A DNA stretch of 64,000 nt from a virus, in the IMG/VR virus record IMGVR_UViG_3300021957_000015, positions 15,170 to 79,169 of that record; one strand, given 5' to 3'. This document shows, one piece after another, positions 19,511 to 31,472 of this stretch. The notes below the pieces were generated by a model. The model searched no databases and was not told where the DNA came from. It was given only the letters and a program-made list of their open reading frames with translations. Positions within the stretch are counted from its first letter, which is position 1, and each line of letters opens with the position of its first letter. Both the position numbers and the translations under genes were made by a program.

Positions 19511-22500
19511 ATGAATACTAACAACTCACTTTCTAACACGCTCAAGAAGCTTCTTGAAATCAATGCTAATTCTTTAAAGATTTATGAAAGAATTAACGAA
19601 GCAATTACTACTGAAACAAAAGATGTTCCATTAGAAATATTAACTGCCGAAGGTACTACTAAGACAGTTTATGTACCTGCATTTGGTTATATGAAACGTG
19701 AGTTAGAAAGACTAGATACAAATCTAAAGGCGCTTTCGGGATTAGGTAAAGGTAATACCAAAATTAAATTACCTGATGGAAGCTATCAAAGCATTATTAC
19801 TTCTGCATTAAAAACGCCTGCTAATGATATTACAAGTGTAATTAGACCAGAACGTTTTTCTACTAAAAGTAATTATTTCTTTGAAGATTTTTTAAACCCT
19901 CTTTTAACTACTACGATTGATGTATCAGGACAAGTTACTGAAGAAACAGAAAGGGTTTTAATTAAAAGAATTATTTTTGATTCTACTAACGAAACTACAG
20001 TAGAATATTTTAAAAGTAATTATAACAAATCTGAAAATTTAGATTATTTTACTGTAATTAGAGATGTTGTAAATAACAATTTAGCATACATAGTAGACGA
20101 AGAAGTTAGAGATTTACCTTTTAGAAATAGTCAATATGGCGGTAAATTTGATATAACTTCAATTGACACTCTTAAGAAAGATGTAATAGTAGAAGGTGTT
20201 ACTAAGAAGAAATCAGTTAAGTTAATCACTGTCGATAAATTGACATATAACGATAACGGTAAAGATTTAAATGATACTGAGTTACTTAAAACAGGTGATG
20301 AATTAATGCTTAATTCTGGTAATAAAAATACTAGATATAAGATTGTAAAAATAGATGGTTCTACAAGACAATTAGAGTTAGAACTTATAGAAGGTTACGA
20401 AGCTTTAAAAATAGGAACTGATGTACTTTCTATATACAAGTATACAAACACTGGCTTAAATGTTCAAGTTAACTGTGGATTTAATGAAAGAATTTTAGTA
20501 TTTATTAAAGCTATTGACCCAGATTCTAATATGTTGGCCGAAAAATGGTCACCCGGTATTGGTTTATATACAAACGAATTAACATTTTTACAAGAAGATG
20601 GAACATTTATTAGATTAGACGATTACTATAAAGAAAACGTTGCTGATTTTGGTCAATACATAAAAGCTCTTAAAGAAGATGCTATTCCACCAGCAACGGT
20701 GGGAGTTACACCAGACGCACCAACTCTGGACAATAGAAACTTTAAGGTTGTTCAAATTAACAGACACCTGACTAAGAATGACGCATCTGATAAGATTAAG
20801 AAGTTCTCTGCAGATAAAACATCTGTCGAAGAAAATATCAAGAAACTTGACGATACTATTGCTAAGAAAAGAACTGAAATTTCTACTAAGAAATATGAAT
20901 CTGAAGTACAAAGAGATAAAGATAAAAGTGAACTTAATTCTTTAATAGAAGAAAGAGCAAGTGAAACTAAACTTTATAATAGTTTAGTAAACCAGATTCA
21001 ATCATTAGCATCTAGTACTAACGTAACTAACATTACACCTAAGTTTAGAGTAAGAGGTTTTTGGGCTGTTCCTGCTCCTAAGAAAGTTGCAGACACGGTT
21101 CCTCAAAAAGTAGTTCAATTCTCAATTCAATATAGATACTTATCCACTAATGGTAAATCAAGTGAAGTTTCACAATTACCATTTACTGACGGTACTAGAG
21201 AGAAGACCGCTGTGTTTTCAAATTGGAACGAGATTAAAACTAAACCTAGATCTAGAGGTAGAATAAAGCCTGTGCTTGCAACAGGACAAAAGCTTAGACC
21301 AATGAAGTTTGAGTGGAAAGAATCTCTAGTAGAAGATGCTCAAGAAATTAACTTTAACCAATTGGACATTGCTATTAATCAAAACGAATTAGTAGAAATA
21401 AGAGTAAGATCTATATCTGAAGCTGGATATCCTGCAAATCCGATATACTCTGACTGGTCGGAACCAATAACTATTGATTTCCCAGAAGCAGAAATTGATA
21501 CAACCGATTTAGATGCATTAGTCGAGAAAAACTTAGCTGAAGTTGCGGCTGTTAAAATATCTAGTGAGTTAACATCTAAGGGTGTTTTTACACACGTTGA
21601 TGAAAGTTTTATAGCAAATGAAAAATTCTATGCACATAATGCAGCGTCTATTGCTTCGGGCTTCTTGTCAGCAGAACAGAAACCTATTTCAGTATTTGAT
21701 AAATTAATAGCTTTAGAATCTCAAATAGCTGCACTTAAAGAAGGTATAGAAGCTGAAGTCGGTGAATTAGTGGTTACATTAAGAGCAGAAGATGGTACAG
21801 TAACAGTTATTCAAAATAACACAGTTAACCAAGTGTTTGCTGGATATTATGTTGATGAGGTTGCTGAGCTTTCTGTTAAAAAAGGACACATAGTTACTAA
21901 AACATTTAAACTTTTATTAGAAAATACCAAAGCTACACAATTAGAATTAGTTTCTAGATTAACTGGTGATAGAAATAAACCAGTATACAGATCTTCTACT
22001 GCGGGTTCTATTGAAGATACTAATGGATTTGGAGTTGGATCTAATGATCAAGAAAATACAGCAATTGATGCTAAAGTTTCATCAGACTCATATTACACAT
22101 CTGAAGGTAAATATGATTTAGCGCCTATTCAATATCAAAACATATCTGCATCTGCAATTGGATCATATGATTTATTATTGTCTGCGCCATATCAATCTGC
22201 ACAGAGAAGAGGTCAATTTATTTATTCAAGATATATGGATGTTGCAAATCAAAATCCACATTACATTACAGATTCTTTGATTAGTGGAGCTTCTCCTAGT
22301 TTAACTAACTATGAGTATACGTTGAGTTATTCTTCGTTTATGCCGCCAGATTCTTCAAACCTTCAATTAATAACTCCAAACGGAAATGCATTATCTAATG
22401 ATTTTATTTGGACAGGAACATTTGGTAGACACGCAGGCGTTCAAAACATTAATGGTGAATTTGAAGCTGAAATGATAGATGTTTGTTCTATAGGAACAAT

Positions 22501-23317
22501 AGGTGCTGCAGCTTACAACACTGGTATTTTTATGCACAAAGACCATCCTGAATTAGAAAACTTGTATAGTAATTGGATGACAGATGAAGATGGAAATCAG
22601 ATTGCATATTCAGATACTTCGCAAAAAGATTCATTACAAGCTCTTGTAAATCAAGCTACAAACACTATGCCTATTACGGCAACATTTGTATCTGGTAAAT
22701 CATTTAGATCAGTTGGTGCATTTGGCTCTAGTTTAATTAATGTAAACAACATTAAAGCTAAACAACAGCTTGCATATCAAGACACTGAAAATAATAGTAG
22801 TACTATTATTCCGCTTAATAGATCTTTAAAAATGTCATTTGATTCTAATGATCAATTCTTATTAGGTGGTAGATCATGTGGTTCATTCTTATTTATGTCT
22901 CCTATAAATTTATCATCACTTTCTGTTGATGGAGAAACTAAACAATCTAGAAGAGCCATTAAAGGTAGAGATAAATCAGGTCTAGATAATTCTAATGCAC
23001 TGTCAGTTGATGTCGTATTCCAATATAGAATGACTGATTACTTTGGTAATGACCCAGAATCTGACAGAGGTAGAATTGGAGGACAAGCAAAATTAACTTT
23101 CCCTAATTTAACATACACTAAGAAAATGGGATTTGATATATTTGATAAATTTGATAATCAATTTATGTTTGACTTAGAAATATTTGCTAAGTACTCAGCT
23201 AAAGGTAAAAACTTAAATTCTATTAGAGCTGCACAATTAGTTAGAAATGTGCCGAGTTCTATTTCTCCAGTGAAAGATAGAAGAATGTTTAGCTTTAAGG
23301 GTTATTCCATAAGATAA
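19511..23317 (+). CDS. Large virion structural protein (hypothetical)
   Basis: 1268-aa ORF with coiled coils and an FN3-like segment (VEIRVRSISEAGYP...SDWSEP). Confidence 0.55.
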   Translation: MNTNNSLSNTLKKLLEINANSLKIYERINEAITTETKDVPLEILTAEGTTKTVYVPAFGYMKRELERLDTNLKALSGLGKGNTKIKLPDGSYQSIITSALKTPANDITSVIRPERFSTKSNYFFEDFLNPLLTTTIDVSGQVTEETERVLIKRIIFDSTNETTVEYFKSNYNKSENLDYFTVIRDVVNNNLAYIVDEEVRDLPFRNSQYGGKFDITSIDTLKKDVIVEGVTKKKSVKLITVDKLTYNDNGKDLNDTELLKTGDELMLNSGNKNTRYKIVKIDGSTRQLELELIEGYEALKIGTDVLSIYKYTNTGLNVQVNCGFNERILVFIKAIDPDSNMLAEKWSPGIGLYTNELTFLQEDGTFIRLDDYYKENVADFGQYIKALKEDAIPPATVGVTPDAPTLDNRNFKVVQINRHLTKNDASDKIKKFSADKTSVEENIKKLDDTIAKKRTEISTKKYESEVQRDKDKSELNSLIEERASETKLYNSLVNQIQSLASSTNVTNITPKFRVRGFWAVPAPKKVADTVPQKVVQFSIQYRYLSTNGKSSEVSQLPFTDGTREKTAVFSNWNEIKTKPRSRGRIKPVLATGQKLRPMKFEWKESLVEDAQEINFNQLDIAINQNELVEIRVRSISEAGYPANPIYSDWSEPITIDFPEAEIDTTDLDALVEKNLAEVAAVKISSELTSKGVFTHVDESFIANEKFYAHNAASIASGFLSAEQKPISVFDKLIALESQIAALKEGIEAEVGELVVTLRAEDGTVTVIQNNTVNQVFAGYYVDEVAELSVKKGHIVTKTFKLLLENTKATQLELVSRLTGDRNKPVYRSSTAGSIEDTNGFGVGSNDQENTAIDAKVSSDSYYTSEGKYDLAPIQYQNISASAIGSYDLLLSAPYQSAQRRGQFIYSRYMDVANQNPHYITDSLISGASPSLTNYEYTLSYSSFMPPDSSNLQLITPNGNALSNDFIWTGTFGRHAGVQNINGEFEAEMIDVCSIGTIGAAAYNTGIFMHKDHPELENLYSNWMTDEDGNQIAYSDTSQKDSLQALVNQATNTMPITATFVSGKSFRSVGAFGSSLINVNNIKAKQQLAYQDTENNSSTIIPLNRSLKMSFDSNDQFLLGGRSCGSFLFMSPINLSSLSVDGETKQSRRAIKGRDKSGLDNSNALSVDVVFQYRMTDYFGNDPESDRGRIGGQAKLTFPNLTYTKKMGFDIFDKFDNQFMFDLEIFAKYSAKGKNLNSIRAAQLVRNVPSSISPVKDRRMFSFKGYSIR

Positions 23318-23401
23318 TATGGAAAAGCTACTCATATTGTGTTAGATATATAATAGAGAAAGTAGTTAGTACTCTATTAATAAAACAATTAGCACGGTAG
23401 A

Positions 23402-26400
23402 ATGGCAAAACAATTAATCATATTTGACACTAGCACATCACACTTAGATTCTTCTAATGTATGTTCTTACGATAGAAGTGGTACACAGTTAACTTTATAC
23501 TGTAACGATCTTGATGATATTTTAACAGATGACAATGTTCAATTATTTACGACATCTGCAGGTGCCGATACTGAAGATGATACGCTTGAGTGGACATTTA
23601 GCGGAGACGCTGGTGGTAATTGGTTTTATGTTCAAAGCATAGAAGGTACGAGTAGACATGGCGCTATTAAAATTCTACCAACGGGCGTAACAGCATCGGG
23701 CACAGATGGTAAATTTAGTGCATGTCCACCAATATACTCTATTGAATTTCAGGATGACAACGGAAACGCGATCACTAACGCAAATGAAGGTGATACCGTT
23801 AAAATATATGTTGATGCATTCTCTGATACCAGTTTAAATGGTAACACAGTGTCTTTACAGATTGATGGTACTTACAATGGAGCTACTATAGATGACATAT
23901 CTATAAGTTCATTAACTGACATTGTACTTAGTGTCGGATCTAGTGTAGGAGCAGATTCTAGACAATTTACAGGTGAGTTAGGATTTGACATCGTATCGGA
24001 TGCAGACCCAACTGAAGAATTGGTAATTATTGCTACGCCGGAACAAGTAGGCAGTTCAGCTCAAACAATTACTTTAAATTTATTAGCTGCTCCAACGCCA
24101 ACACCGACTGCAACTCCGACCGCAACACCAACACCAACACCAACTCCTTTACCTGATTTTACATGTGCATTAGCTGCAGTAAACGTAGATGATTTAAATG
24201 GACTTGCAGTTGGTACGACTATAGACAGCAATGATATACAAATTAGTAACGGTGGTACATTTAACAGTATTACGCCATTAGTTATAGGATCAAATACGCA
24301 AACATATGATGTAGTGGTTAATGTGCCATCTGGTTATAACAACAATGGTACTATTACATGTCAGGTAACAATTGCCGGAGATTCTGCCCCAACAGCTAAC
24401 GATAACACAATATCGGCTACACAAGGCATATCGACAGTGATTGATTTATTTAACTTAGTTATTGATGATAACACAAGCGATAGTAATTTAACATGGAGTA
24501 TTTCTGAAAGTTCTACATTTAATGGGACGCTCAGTACGTTTAACCAAGCTACTGGCGCAATAATATATACTGCACCTCAAATATCATTTGGATCACCTGC
24601 TATACAGGATACATTTACATACACAGTAGAAGATAGCATAGGACAAACCGCAACTGGTACTATTACTATTAATGTAAGTGCCGCGAGTAATACTGCACCT
24701 ACATTTAATAACACACCGTATAACATATCAGTTGAATTAAACTCAACTGAACCGATAGTTTTTCCGTTTAGCGCGACTGATCAAGAAAATCAAAATATTA
24801 CATATAGTATTTCTGCGCCTACATTTGGTACAGCAACAATAGATTTTAGCACAAATACTTTTTCATATTTGACTGCAGCCGGTAACACAGCACCTGATTC
24901 TTTTGTAATAACTGCAACAGACTCTGAAGGCGCTAGTTCTTCAGAAACTGTTAATGTAACTATTTCAGCTGGTACATATTATGCATTTAATAAAACAGGG
25001 TTTTTTGCTAGTGAAGATGAAGCATGTTTAACTGAGACAATTAATATAGGATATGCTAGAGTTACTCAGTCTACAAAAATAAGTGATATTGCAGTAGGTG
25101 ATGAAATCTATTTAGATGAAACAGGTAATCTGTTTATATCTAATAATGTTTCTAAGTATTTTAAAATTACTCAACTTACAGGAAATGGTAATTTATTAGA
25201 ACAAGTAATATCTGTAAATTCGTCTGGTATTGTTGAATCTGTATCATCATGTTCTGTACAATCTGACAAATTTAAAGAGACACTTGTTAGATATTCTGGT
25301 TCTGAAACAAGTATTTGTAATAATTTTGGAGGTGAAAAAGTAAAAGTTGCGTATGGTGTTAACGATAGTTCTGATCCTGCTAAGGATTTACAAACCTTAG
25401 TTGCCGATAATACGATATTATTTGTTAGTAGTTATTGGGCTAACCAGTACTCAAACGGATTTAATGAAGATTTAGAAGGGCAGATACCAGCTGGTTTATA
25501 TCAAGCAGAGTTTGAAACTTCTACTTATTATAAAAGAGGAACTGAAAACAATTGGGTATCTAACCCTGGAGGTTGGTCATGTCCACCTGAAATAGTATAT
25601 TCTACATATGAATTAAGTAACATATATTATGCAGATAATATTGATGAACTATGTAACGGTAAAACAACAACAACAAGTCTTTGGTATAGTTTACCCGAAG
25701 GCGAAGCTACTAAAGATTTCGACACTATAGTAAATCTTAATATTCCTGTTTACACTTCCCAACTTACAGCTTCTGAAAATACAATAGAAGGTTTAGCTCA
25801 AAGCGGAGTGTATTCTAATAACCTTGATGGTAGCGGATATGTATGGAATAATGAGGGTGACGGATTTGATTTTAGTTGGTTTGGCTTTAATAGTCAAAAT
25901 CAATTTATAAAATCAAATGGATCTACTCAAATTTTTACACAAAATTGTAACATTATAAAGGCACCTAATATTAATCTTACTAATTTACCAGGAGAAATAG
26001 AGGGTGATAGAGGTATAAACGATACCAATGTGTATTACGCATTCTATGGATGTGAAGCATACGAGGATCAAGATAATAGATTAGGCACTGAGTCATATTA
26101 TTGGAAATTATATGTAGTAGACGCGGGCGTTGATGTAGTATTGGATGAAAATGTAACAGTACAAGTAGGCCAAAGCTATCTTAACGATTTTATAAATACA
26201 TGGCGAGATTCATCAACAGCAGACTATTCAACAGATATTGTTTTTCAACCAAATGGATTTAAGTGTGTCTCTTATGTAAATACAATATATGCAGAGGATA
26301 TAAACAATGCAGCTAATAAGCTTAGTGATCATGGCTACGGAGCAATTAATGATATTAAAATAGTTACTACAAATCCTGTAAATTTAGGATTTGGTAGTGA

Positions 26401-29400
26401 AAACACAGTAAACATTTATTCTACATGTTTTGATTGTAGGAATGAATTAAATATAAAAGATAGTTATACCTTTCCAGTAGTTAATGATGCTGCGCTAGAT
26501 GCATTAGGTCCTAATTTTGATTTAGAAACAAATTATAAATTAGATAATGTTTCTAAGCCATTGTTAAGAACCAACCCTAAACTTACAACCAATGTAAAAT
26601 TAGTTGTAAATTCTGAAGATAAATTATACTTGGAAAGCATAAGTGCTACAAAAGAATTAGCTGCAATAGAATACAAGAAATTCCCAATAAACAAGGATGG
26701 AAAATATTCATACGATGTTGCTAATTTCTATAATGTAAATATGACTCCTAATGATCTTATGTTTACTACAAAAAGAGACTATTCAGATATTACTGTTTTA
26801 GATTCTTATGAGAAGCAACTAGAAGAGACATACCAGTATGGGACTAATTACAATGCATCAAAATTACATAGTGAAGACTTTAGGATTTTTGCACCTATTT
26901 GGTTAGATACAAATATTCCTAAAAACTTTGTAATTTACAGAGTAAATGATCCAGTAGGATCTCTAAATCTAGGAAACAATGCTGCTGATAATTTTAACAG
27001 AATAAAAAGTATATTAAAGAATTCTGAAATAATAGAAACGTTTGATTTAACAAGAGATTCTAATATAGGTAACTATTTAAGGAATCATATTCAAGACGAA
27101 ACATTCCCATCATCTCCGTTAACTATTAATTTTGAAAAATCTGCAAAATCTAGTTTTAATGGAATAGATCTTATTAAAGGTGGGTTTACACGTAAAGCAG
27201 AGTATTTGTATAAGAGTTATTCATTAACAGATAAACCATTGATAGAAGCTAACGATTTTATTACAGATTCGTTTAAAAGAAATGAAATTGCTTCCGCAAA
27301 TTTAATCAACTTAGAATTTTTATTTAACGATGACTCGGCTACTGAATATAGCATTAATAGGTATTTCGGTATATATGTTGATGATATAGAATCGGGATAT
27401 GGTAGAGTTGTTTCGGTAGATGGTAAGGTATACACATTTAAGGAATTAAATTCTACAGTAGATGCTAATGTACCTGAAACTGCTATACCATCATACAATC
27501 AAATTAGTAATATGCCGATGTTAGGATATGTTTCGGCTGGTAATAAATTCTTTAATATTTCTAGTAACACATATTACGATGCTAATCAATGGAAGGTTGC
27601 AGTAGAGGACGGTAGTAATAAAATTCAAGAACATTTAGGTATTCAAAGCACTAATAGATCAGTTGATCTAGTGTCTAATGATGATCATGGTTATGACTTT
27701 ATTAAGTTGAGTATAATTGATACTCCGTATACTAATGATTCATTAGGAATTACTTATATTAAGGAGGAAGCTAATAGGTTTACATTCATTAAACATGTAG
27801 CAAACCAGACTATTAGGTTTGAAATAGATGATCCTTCTGACTTTCAGAATACTTTAACGTTTTCTGTAAATAGTCAAAGTACAATAACTGACACAATAGC
27901 CGCTATTAAAACACGCGTTGAAACTGAAACAGATGAGGACTTACCTTTATTTAAAGAAATATATGATATTACATTTGACGATAAGTCAATATTCTTAACT
28001 GAAAAGAGAGCTAACTTAGGAGACTTTAATTTAAGAATTACATCACAAGGTGATTGTATTATTAGAAATGATTCTATTCAAACTAATGTAGGTTTAGAAA
28101 AGCACACTTATTATGCTGAGTCCCAGTTAGAAGCTAAATCATTTAAAGGTTTAAGATATTCTAATCTAGGTACATCTACTGATATTGCAGTTGCTTTATC
28201 TTCTTGTATAAACGCAAACGAAACAGAGTTTACTTCTATTAACGTAGGAGCTAACGTGTATATTATTAGTAATGTATCTGGTTATCAGTTAATGCAATCT
28301 TGTGTTTTATTAGGTAAGACCAATGTAAACGATTTTGTTTTATTAGAAAATCTAGATAGCTTAAATAAGCTTAATCTAAGACAGAATTTTCAATTCCTAA
28401 GCGGTCAAGCTATTTTACAAAAATTTAATGCATATTATTTATCAGGTGGAAATGCGCCAGAAAAATCAGTTTTTGTAAATAACGAAACCGTAAGTGAAAT
28501 AAACATTAATGATTATATAGAAACCAGATATAAAGGTGTATACAATAAAGTTATAGACATAGTTGAAGATATTAGAACGTCTGATAACATATATTCGAAG
28601 GTTATTTTAGAAGACAAAAACGATTTAAGTTCAGGCGATACTAAAATATTTTACGAAAATGAAATTAGATTAGGTTTATTTTCTGCATATAATATCTACG
28701 ATATGAATTTTGATTTCTATGATACTGATAACTCTGAATTAAAAGAATTGGCATACGAAACTCAAGAAGAGATAGAGTATGAACCATATATAAATGCTAT
28801 TAACAATATTGATGAGGCAACCGGTATAGAAACGACCATATTAAGTGCTAGAGATATCTTTAGTGAAGATTTCGAACTAAACCCAATAAATTATTTTTCT
28901 AATTTATCTAAAATATTAACAGAGGAATCTGTTGATGAAGAAGAAGACGAACAATTAACTTCAGAGTATGACAGACTTAAAGAGAACAATTTAAAAAAAT
29001 ATGCAACTAATTCTAGAATAGTACCTAATATTAATAAGTGGGTACTTAAGGATACTGTAACAGTTAGGGAACAGCCATATTATTTAAATGTTAACGAAGC
29101 ATTTGGTAGAACTAATTTCTCCCCGGATTTAACAGTATCTGAAAGAAGTCGAGAGTCTATGACACATGAGTGGTTTTATTTAGAGAAGCCACCAAAATAT
29201 TTAAAATATAATCAACTTAATGACACATTTAGTTATGTTAATTTTATAGAAGGTTTTGATTTAAGCGCTAATTTATTTAAAAGCACTACTAACAATTATT
29301 TTGATAAATTCATGATCAGTGATGGTTTTGAAAAAACATTGACTAGTGAAGATTTAGTATCTATATATAGCGACATAAATGAAAACGACACAGAACTTAA

Positions 29401-31471
29401 TTCATTAGAAGGTGAAATAACTTCATTTATTAAAACTAACATTCTTAAAAAATATACACTAATCGAAGGTGGAAATAATGTATCTTTTGCTAGTACTATA
29501 TTTAAAGGGATTAAGGTTGATTTTAAAAATAGAAAAGAATTTGTAAATAGTACTGCTAGTGAATTTGTAAATAGTAGTGAATTTAACGGTTACAAATTTA
29601 GTATTTTACTTAAAGTAAATGATAATGTTGAAACTAATAGTATAGAGTATGAAGTAATTCAAAACAAAGAATTCAAGTTTGTTATTATGTATATTACTTT
29701 AAACTTAGGTGATTATTGGATTGATGGAAACATGAATAGAAAATTATTGTATGAATTAAATCATAAAATAGTTTTTGATTCTAATCAAAATGATTTTACA
29801 TACGCAGATACTAAGTTTAACGGAGCATTACAATTTAATAGTACATCTGTAAACTGGGCAGAAGAAGGACCATATACTATTCCGGGTATTCCACATCTTA
29901 ACGGAAGTTTACCTAAATTTGATTCTCAGATAACTTTAGGTGATGATGGATTATATGGTGATATTTACATAGACTTATTTCCAAATGACGATACTAATTC
30001 TATTTATAAAGTTAGTGTAGCGGGTGTTGAATCTGATAATTCTATAAAAATCACAGGAAAACCTGTTAATGACAATGGAGATATACTCAACATTGAATTT
30101 TTACCTAATTCTATTCAAAAGAACGCTTCATATTCATATGTTGGTGGAGGTGCAAACGCACATAGAGTTATATTAGAAAATTTAACAGCTAAATCAGTTG
30201 CTGATCTAGTTAATTTAAATAATAATGATGTTACATATACTACTATAGAAAGTGACGGAACAATTTTAAATAATCAATTTGTAATAAACTTCAGCGATGG
30301 TACTGAAATAATAACCAGATCTGACCTGAATATAGAAGAAGACACCGATAAACCCAAGAGTTTTAAATTATTTAAGGGTAATATTGGATATAATCTAATA
30401 AAAGAACAAGAGTATTACCCATTCTTAATAAGACAAAACGGTAAATATACAGTAGATATGAAACCTGTTGTGACATTTACTGATGCGTATTCTCATTTTA
30501 AAGTTAATAGATTACATTTAACATCTAACGATAACGAATTATTATTTGAACAATCATTGTATAAACATTCGTTAACAGATATAACTGAATTTAACAGAGC
30601 AGCTGCTTACTATAAGAAATATAATAAATGTGGAATAGTATTTAACTTAGGTTATATTAGTGATACTGGTAATCACGATTCAAATTGGGGATTAATAAAA
30701 AATCATTTCTATCATAAAGTAAATGAAATAAATCCAGGAGGTGTAACTAAACTTTCTGCAACAAGTGATAAATTACCACTTTATCCTTTAATTGGAGAAA
30801 TAGCAATAGATAAAAAAGACGTAAACGTATTTAGATCTTCATGGGATTCTGATTATTATACAAGGTCTCTTGCCGGTGGAAATTCGACAAACGTACCCGG
30901 AACTTTAGACACACATGAAGAAAGATCATATATGTCCTCTACTGTAATGAAACCTAAGTATTCCTATAATCTTTTAGATTTTAATACATCTTATGTTTCT
31001 TCGGAAGAAGAGTTAGATGACATATTAAGAAACGGTGATAATTCAAGTGATACCGTATTATTTGAAAATAAAAATTACATTATTATAGACTTTTACATAA
31101 GTGATACACTAATTACTAAACTTGCAAAAGAAGGTGTATTAGATAGCATATCTAAATATGTTTTACCCGCTAATTCAGCTGGAAATAAAGAAACATTAAA
31201 TGACGATGCACTTATGTATGCTGAGAATAATTTAATAAAAACATATATACTTGATTCAGTTCAATTATACACAAAACAATTTAAGGGCAAAGGATCTAAG
31301 ATTATTAATGCAGTTACTGTAGATCAATTAGATGCAGATGGATTTACTCCAGATAATAATAATTTTGCATATAGAAATCACATTCAAAAGCCAATGAATT
31401 TTAGGTTGATATATAATAAAAGATTAGGCTACTCTTATGATATAAAACCTATGATAAAAATAAAGTCATAA
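23402..31471 (+). CDS. Giant virion protein with Pro-Thr linker, Ig/cadherin-like repeats and Cys-capped modules
   Basis: 2689 aa; APTPTPTATPT linker; APTANDNT...DTFTYTVED and NTAPTF...DSFVITATD Ig/cadherin-like repeats. Confidence 0.65.
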   Translation: MAKQLIIFDTSTSHLDSSNVCSYDRSGTQLTLYCNDLDDILTDDNVQLFTTSAGADTEDDTLEWTFSGDAGGNWFYVQSIEGTSRHGAIKILPTGVTASGTDGKFSACPPIYSIEFQDDNGNAITNANEGDTVKIYVDAFSDTSLNGNTVSLQIDGTYNGATIDDISISSLTDIVLSVGSSVGADSRQFTGELGFDIVSDADPTEELVIIATPEQVGSSAQTITLNLLAAPTPTPTATPTATPTPTPTPLPDFTCALAAVNVDDLNGLAVGTTIDSNDIQISNGGTFNSITPLVIGSNTQTYDVVVNVPSGYNNNGTITCQVTIAGDSAPTANDNTISATQGISTVIDLFNLVIDDNTSDSNLTWSISESSTFNGTLSTFNQATGAIIYTAPQISFGSPAIQDTFTYTVEDSIGQTATGTITINVSAASNTAPTFNNTPYNISVELNSTEPIVFPFSATDQENQNITYSISAPTFGTATIDFSTNTFSYLTAAGNTAPDSFVITATDSEGASSSETVNVTISAGTYYAFNKTGFFASEDEACLTETINIGYARVTQSTKISDIAVGDEIYLDETGNLFISNNVSKYFKITQLTGNGNLLEQVISVNSSGIVESVSSCSVQSDKFKETLVRYSGSETSICNNFGGEKVKVAYGVNDSSDPAKDLQTLVADNTILFVSSYWANQYSNGFNEDLEGQIPAGLYQAEFETSTYYKRGTENNWVSNPGGWSCPPEIVYSTYELSNIYYADNIDELCNGKTTTTSLWYSLPEGEATKDFDTIVNLNIPVYTSQLTASENTIEGLAQSGVYSNNLDGSGYVWNNEGDGFDFSWFGFNSQNQFIKSNGSTQIFTQNCNIIKAPNINLTNLPGEIEGDRGINDTNVYYAFYGCEAYEDQDNRLGTESYYWKLYVVDAGVDVVLDENVTVQVGQSYLNDFINTWRDSSTADYSTDIVFQPNGFKCVSYVNTIYAEDINNAANKLSDHGYGAINDIKIVTTNPVNLGFGSENTVNIYSTCFDCRNELNIKDSYTFPVVNDAALDALGPNFDLETNYKLDNVSKPLLRTNPKLTTNVKLVVNSEDKLYLESISATKELAAIEYKKFPINKDGKYSYDVANFYNVNMTPNDLMFTTKRDYSDITVLDSYEKQLEETYQYGTNYNASKLHSEDFRIFAPIWLDTNIPKNFVIYRVNDPVGSLNLGNNAADNFNRIKSILKNSEIIETFDLTRDSNIGNYLRNHIQDETFPSSPLTINFEKSAKSSFNGIDLIKGGFTRKAEYLYKSYSLTDKPLIEANDFITDSFKRNEIASANLINLEFLFNDDSATEYSINRYFGIYVDDIESGYGRVVSVDGKVYTFKELNSTVDANVPETAIPSYNQISNMPMLGYVSAGNKFFNISSNTYYDANQWKVAVEDGSNKIQEHLGIQSTNRSVDLVSNDDHGYDFIKLSIIDTPYTNDSLGITYIKEEANRFTFIKHVANQTIRFEIDDPSDFQNTLTFSVNSQSTITDTIAAIKTRVETETDEDLPLFKEIYDITFDDKSIFLTEKRANLGDFNLRITSQGDCIIRNDSIQTNVGLEKHTYYAESQLEAKSFKGLRYSNLGTSTDIAVALSSCINANETEFTSINVGANVYIISNVSGYQLMQSCVLLGKTNVNDFVLLENLDSLNKLNLRQNFQFLSGQAILQKFNAYYLSGGNAPEKSVFVNNETVSEININDYIETRYKGVYNKVIDIVEDIRTSDNIYSKVILEDKNDLSSGDTKIFYENEIRLGLFSAYNIYDMNFDFYDTDNSELKELAYETQEEIEYEPYINAINNIDEATGIETTILSARDIFSEDFELNPINYFSNLSKILTEESVDEEEDEQLTSEYDRLKENNLKKYATNSRIVPNINKWVLKDTVTVREQPYYLNVNEAFGRTNFSPDLTVSERSRESMTHEWFYLEKPPKYLKYNQLNDTFSYVNFIEGFDLSANLFKSTTNNYFDKFMISDGFEKTLTSEDLVSIYSDINENDTELNSLEGEITSFIKTNILKKYTLIEGGNNVSFASTIFKGIKVDFKNRKEFVNSTASEFVNSSEFNGYKFSILLKVNDNVETNSIEYEVIQNKEFKFVIMYITLNLGDYWIDGNMNRKLLYELNHKIVFDSNQNDFTYADTKFNGALQFNSTSVNWAEEGPYTIPGIPHLNGSLPKFDSQITLGDDGLYGDIYIDLFPNDDTNSIYKVSVAGVESDNSIKITGKPVNDNGDILNIEFLPNSIQKNASYSYVGGGANAHRVILENLTAKSVADLVNLNNNDVTYTTIESDGTILNNQFVINFSDGTEIITRSDLNIEEDTDKPKSFKLFKGNIGYNLIKEQEYYPFLIRQNGKYTVDMKPVVTFTDAYSHFKVNRLHLTSNDNELLFEQSLYKHSLTDITEFNRAAAYYKKYNKCGIVFNLGYISDTGNHDSNWGLIKNHFYHKVNEINPGGVTKLSATSDKLPLYPLIGEIAIDKKDVNVFRSSWDSDYYTRSLAGGNSTNVPGTLDTHEERSYMSSTVMKPKYSYNLLDFNTSYVSSEEELDDILRNGDNSSDTVLFENKNYIIIDFYISDTLITKLAKEGVLDSISKYVLPANSAGNKETLNDDALMYAENNLIKTYILDSVQLYTKQFKGKGSKIINAVTVDQLDADGFTPDNNNFAYRNHIQKPMNFRLIYNKRLGYSYDIKPMIKIKS

Positions 31472-31472
31472 A

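Noticed and set aside
29537-29586. Short direct repeat GAATTTGTAAATAGTA (likewise 5410-5431/5521-5542 and 49720-49758)
   Set aside because: In-frame micro-duplications in coding sequence with no sign of separate function
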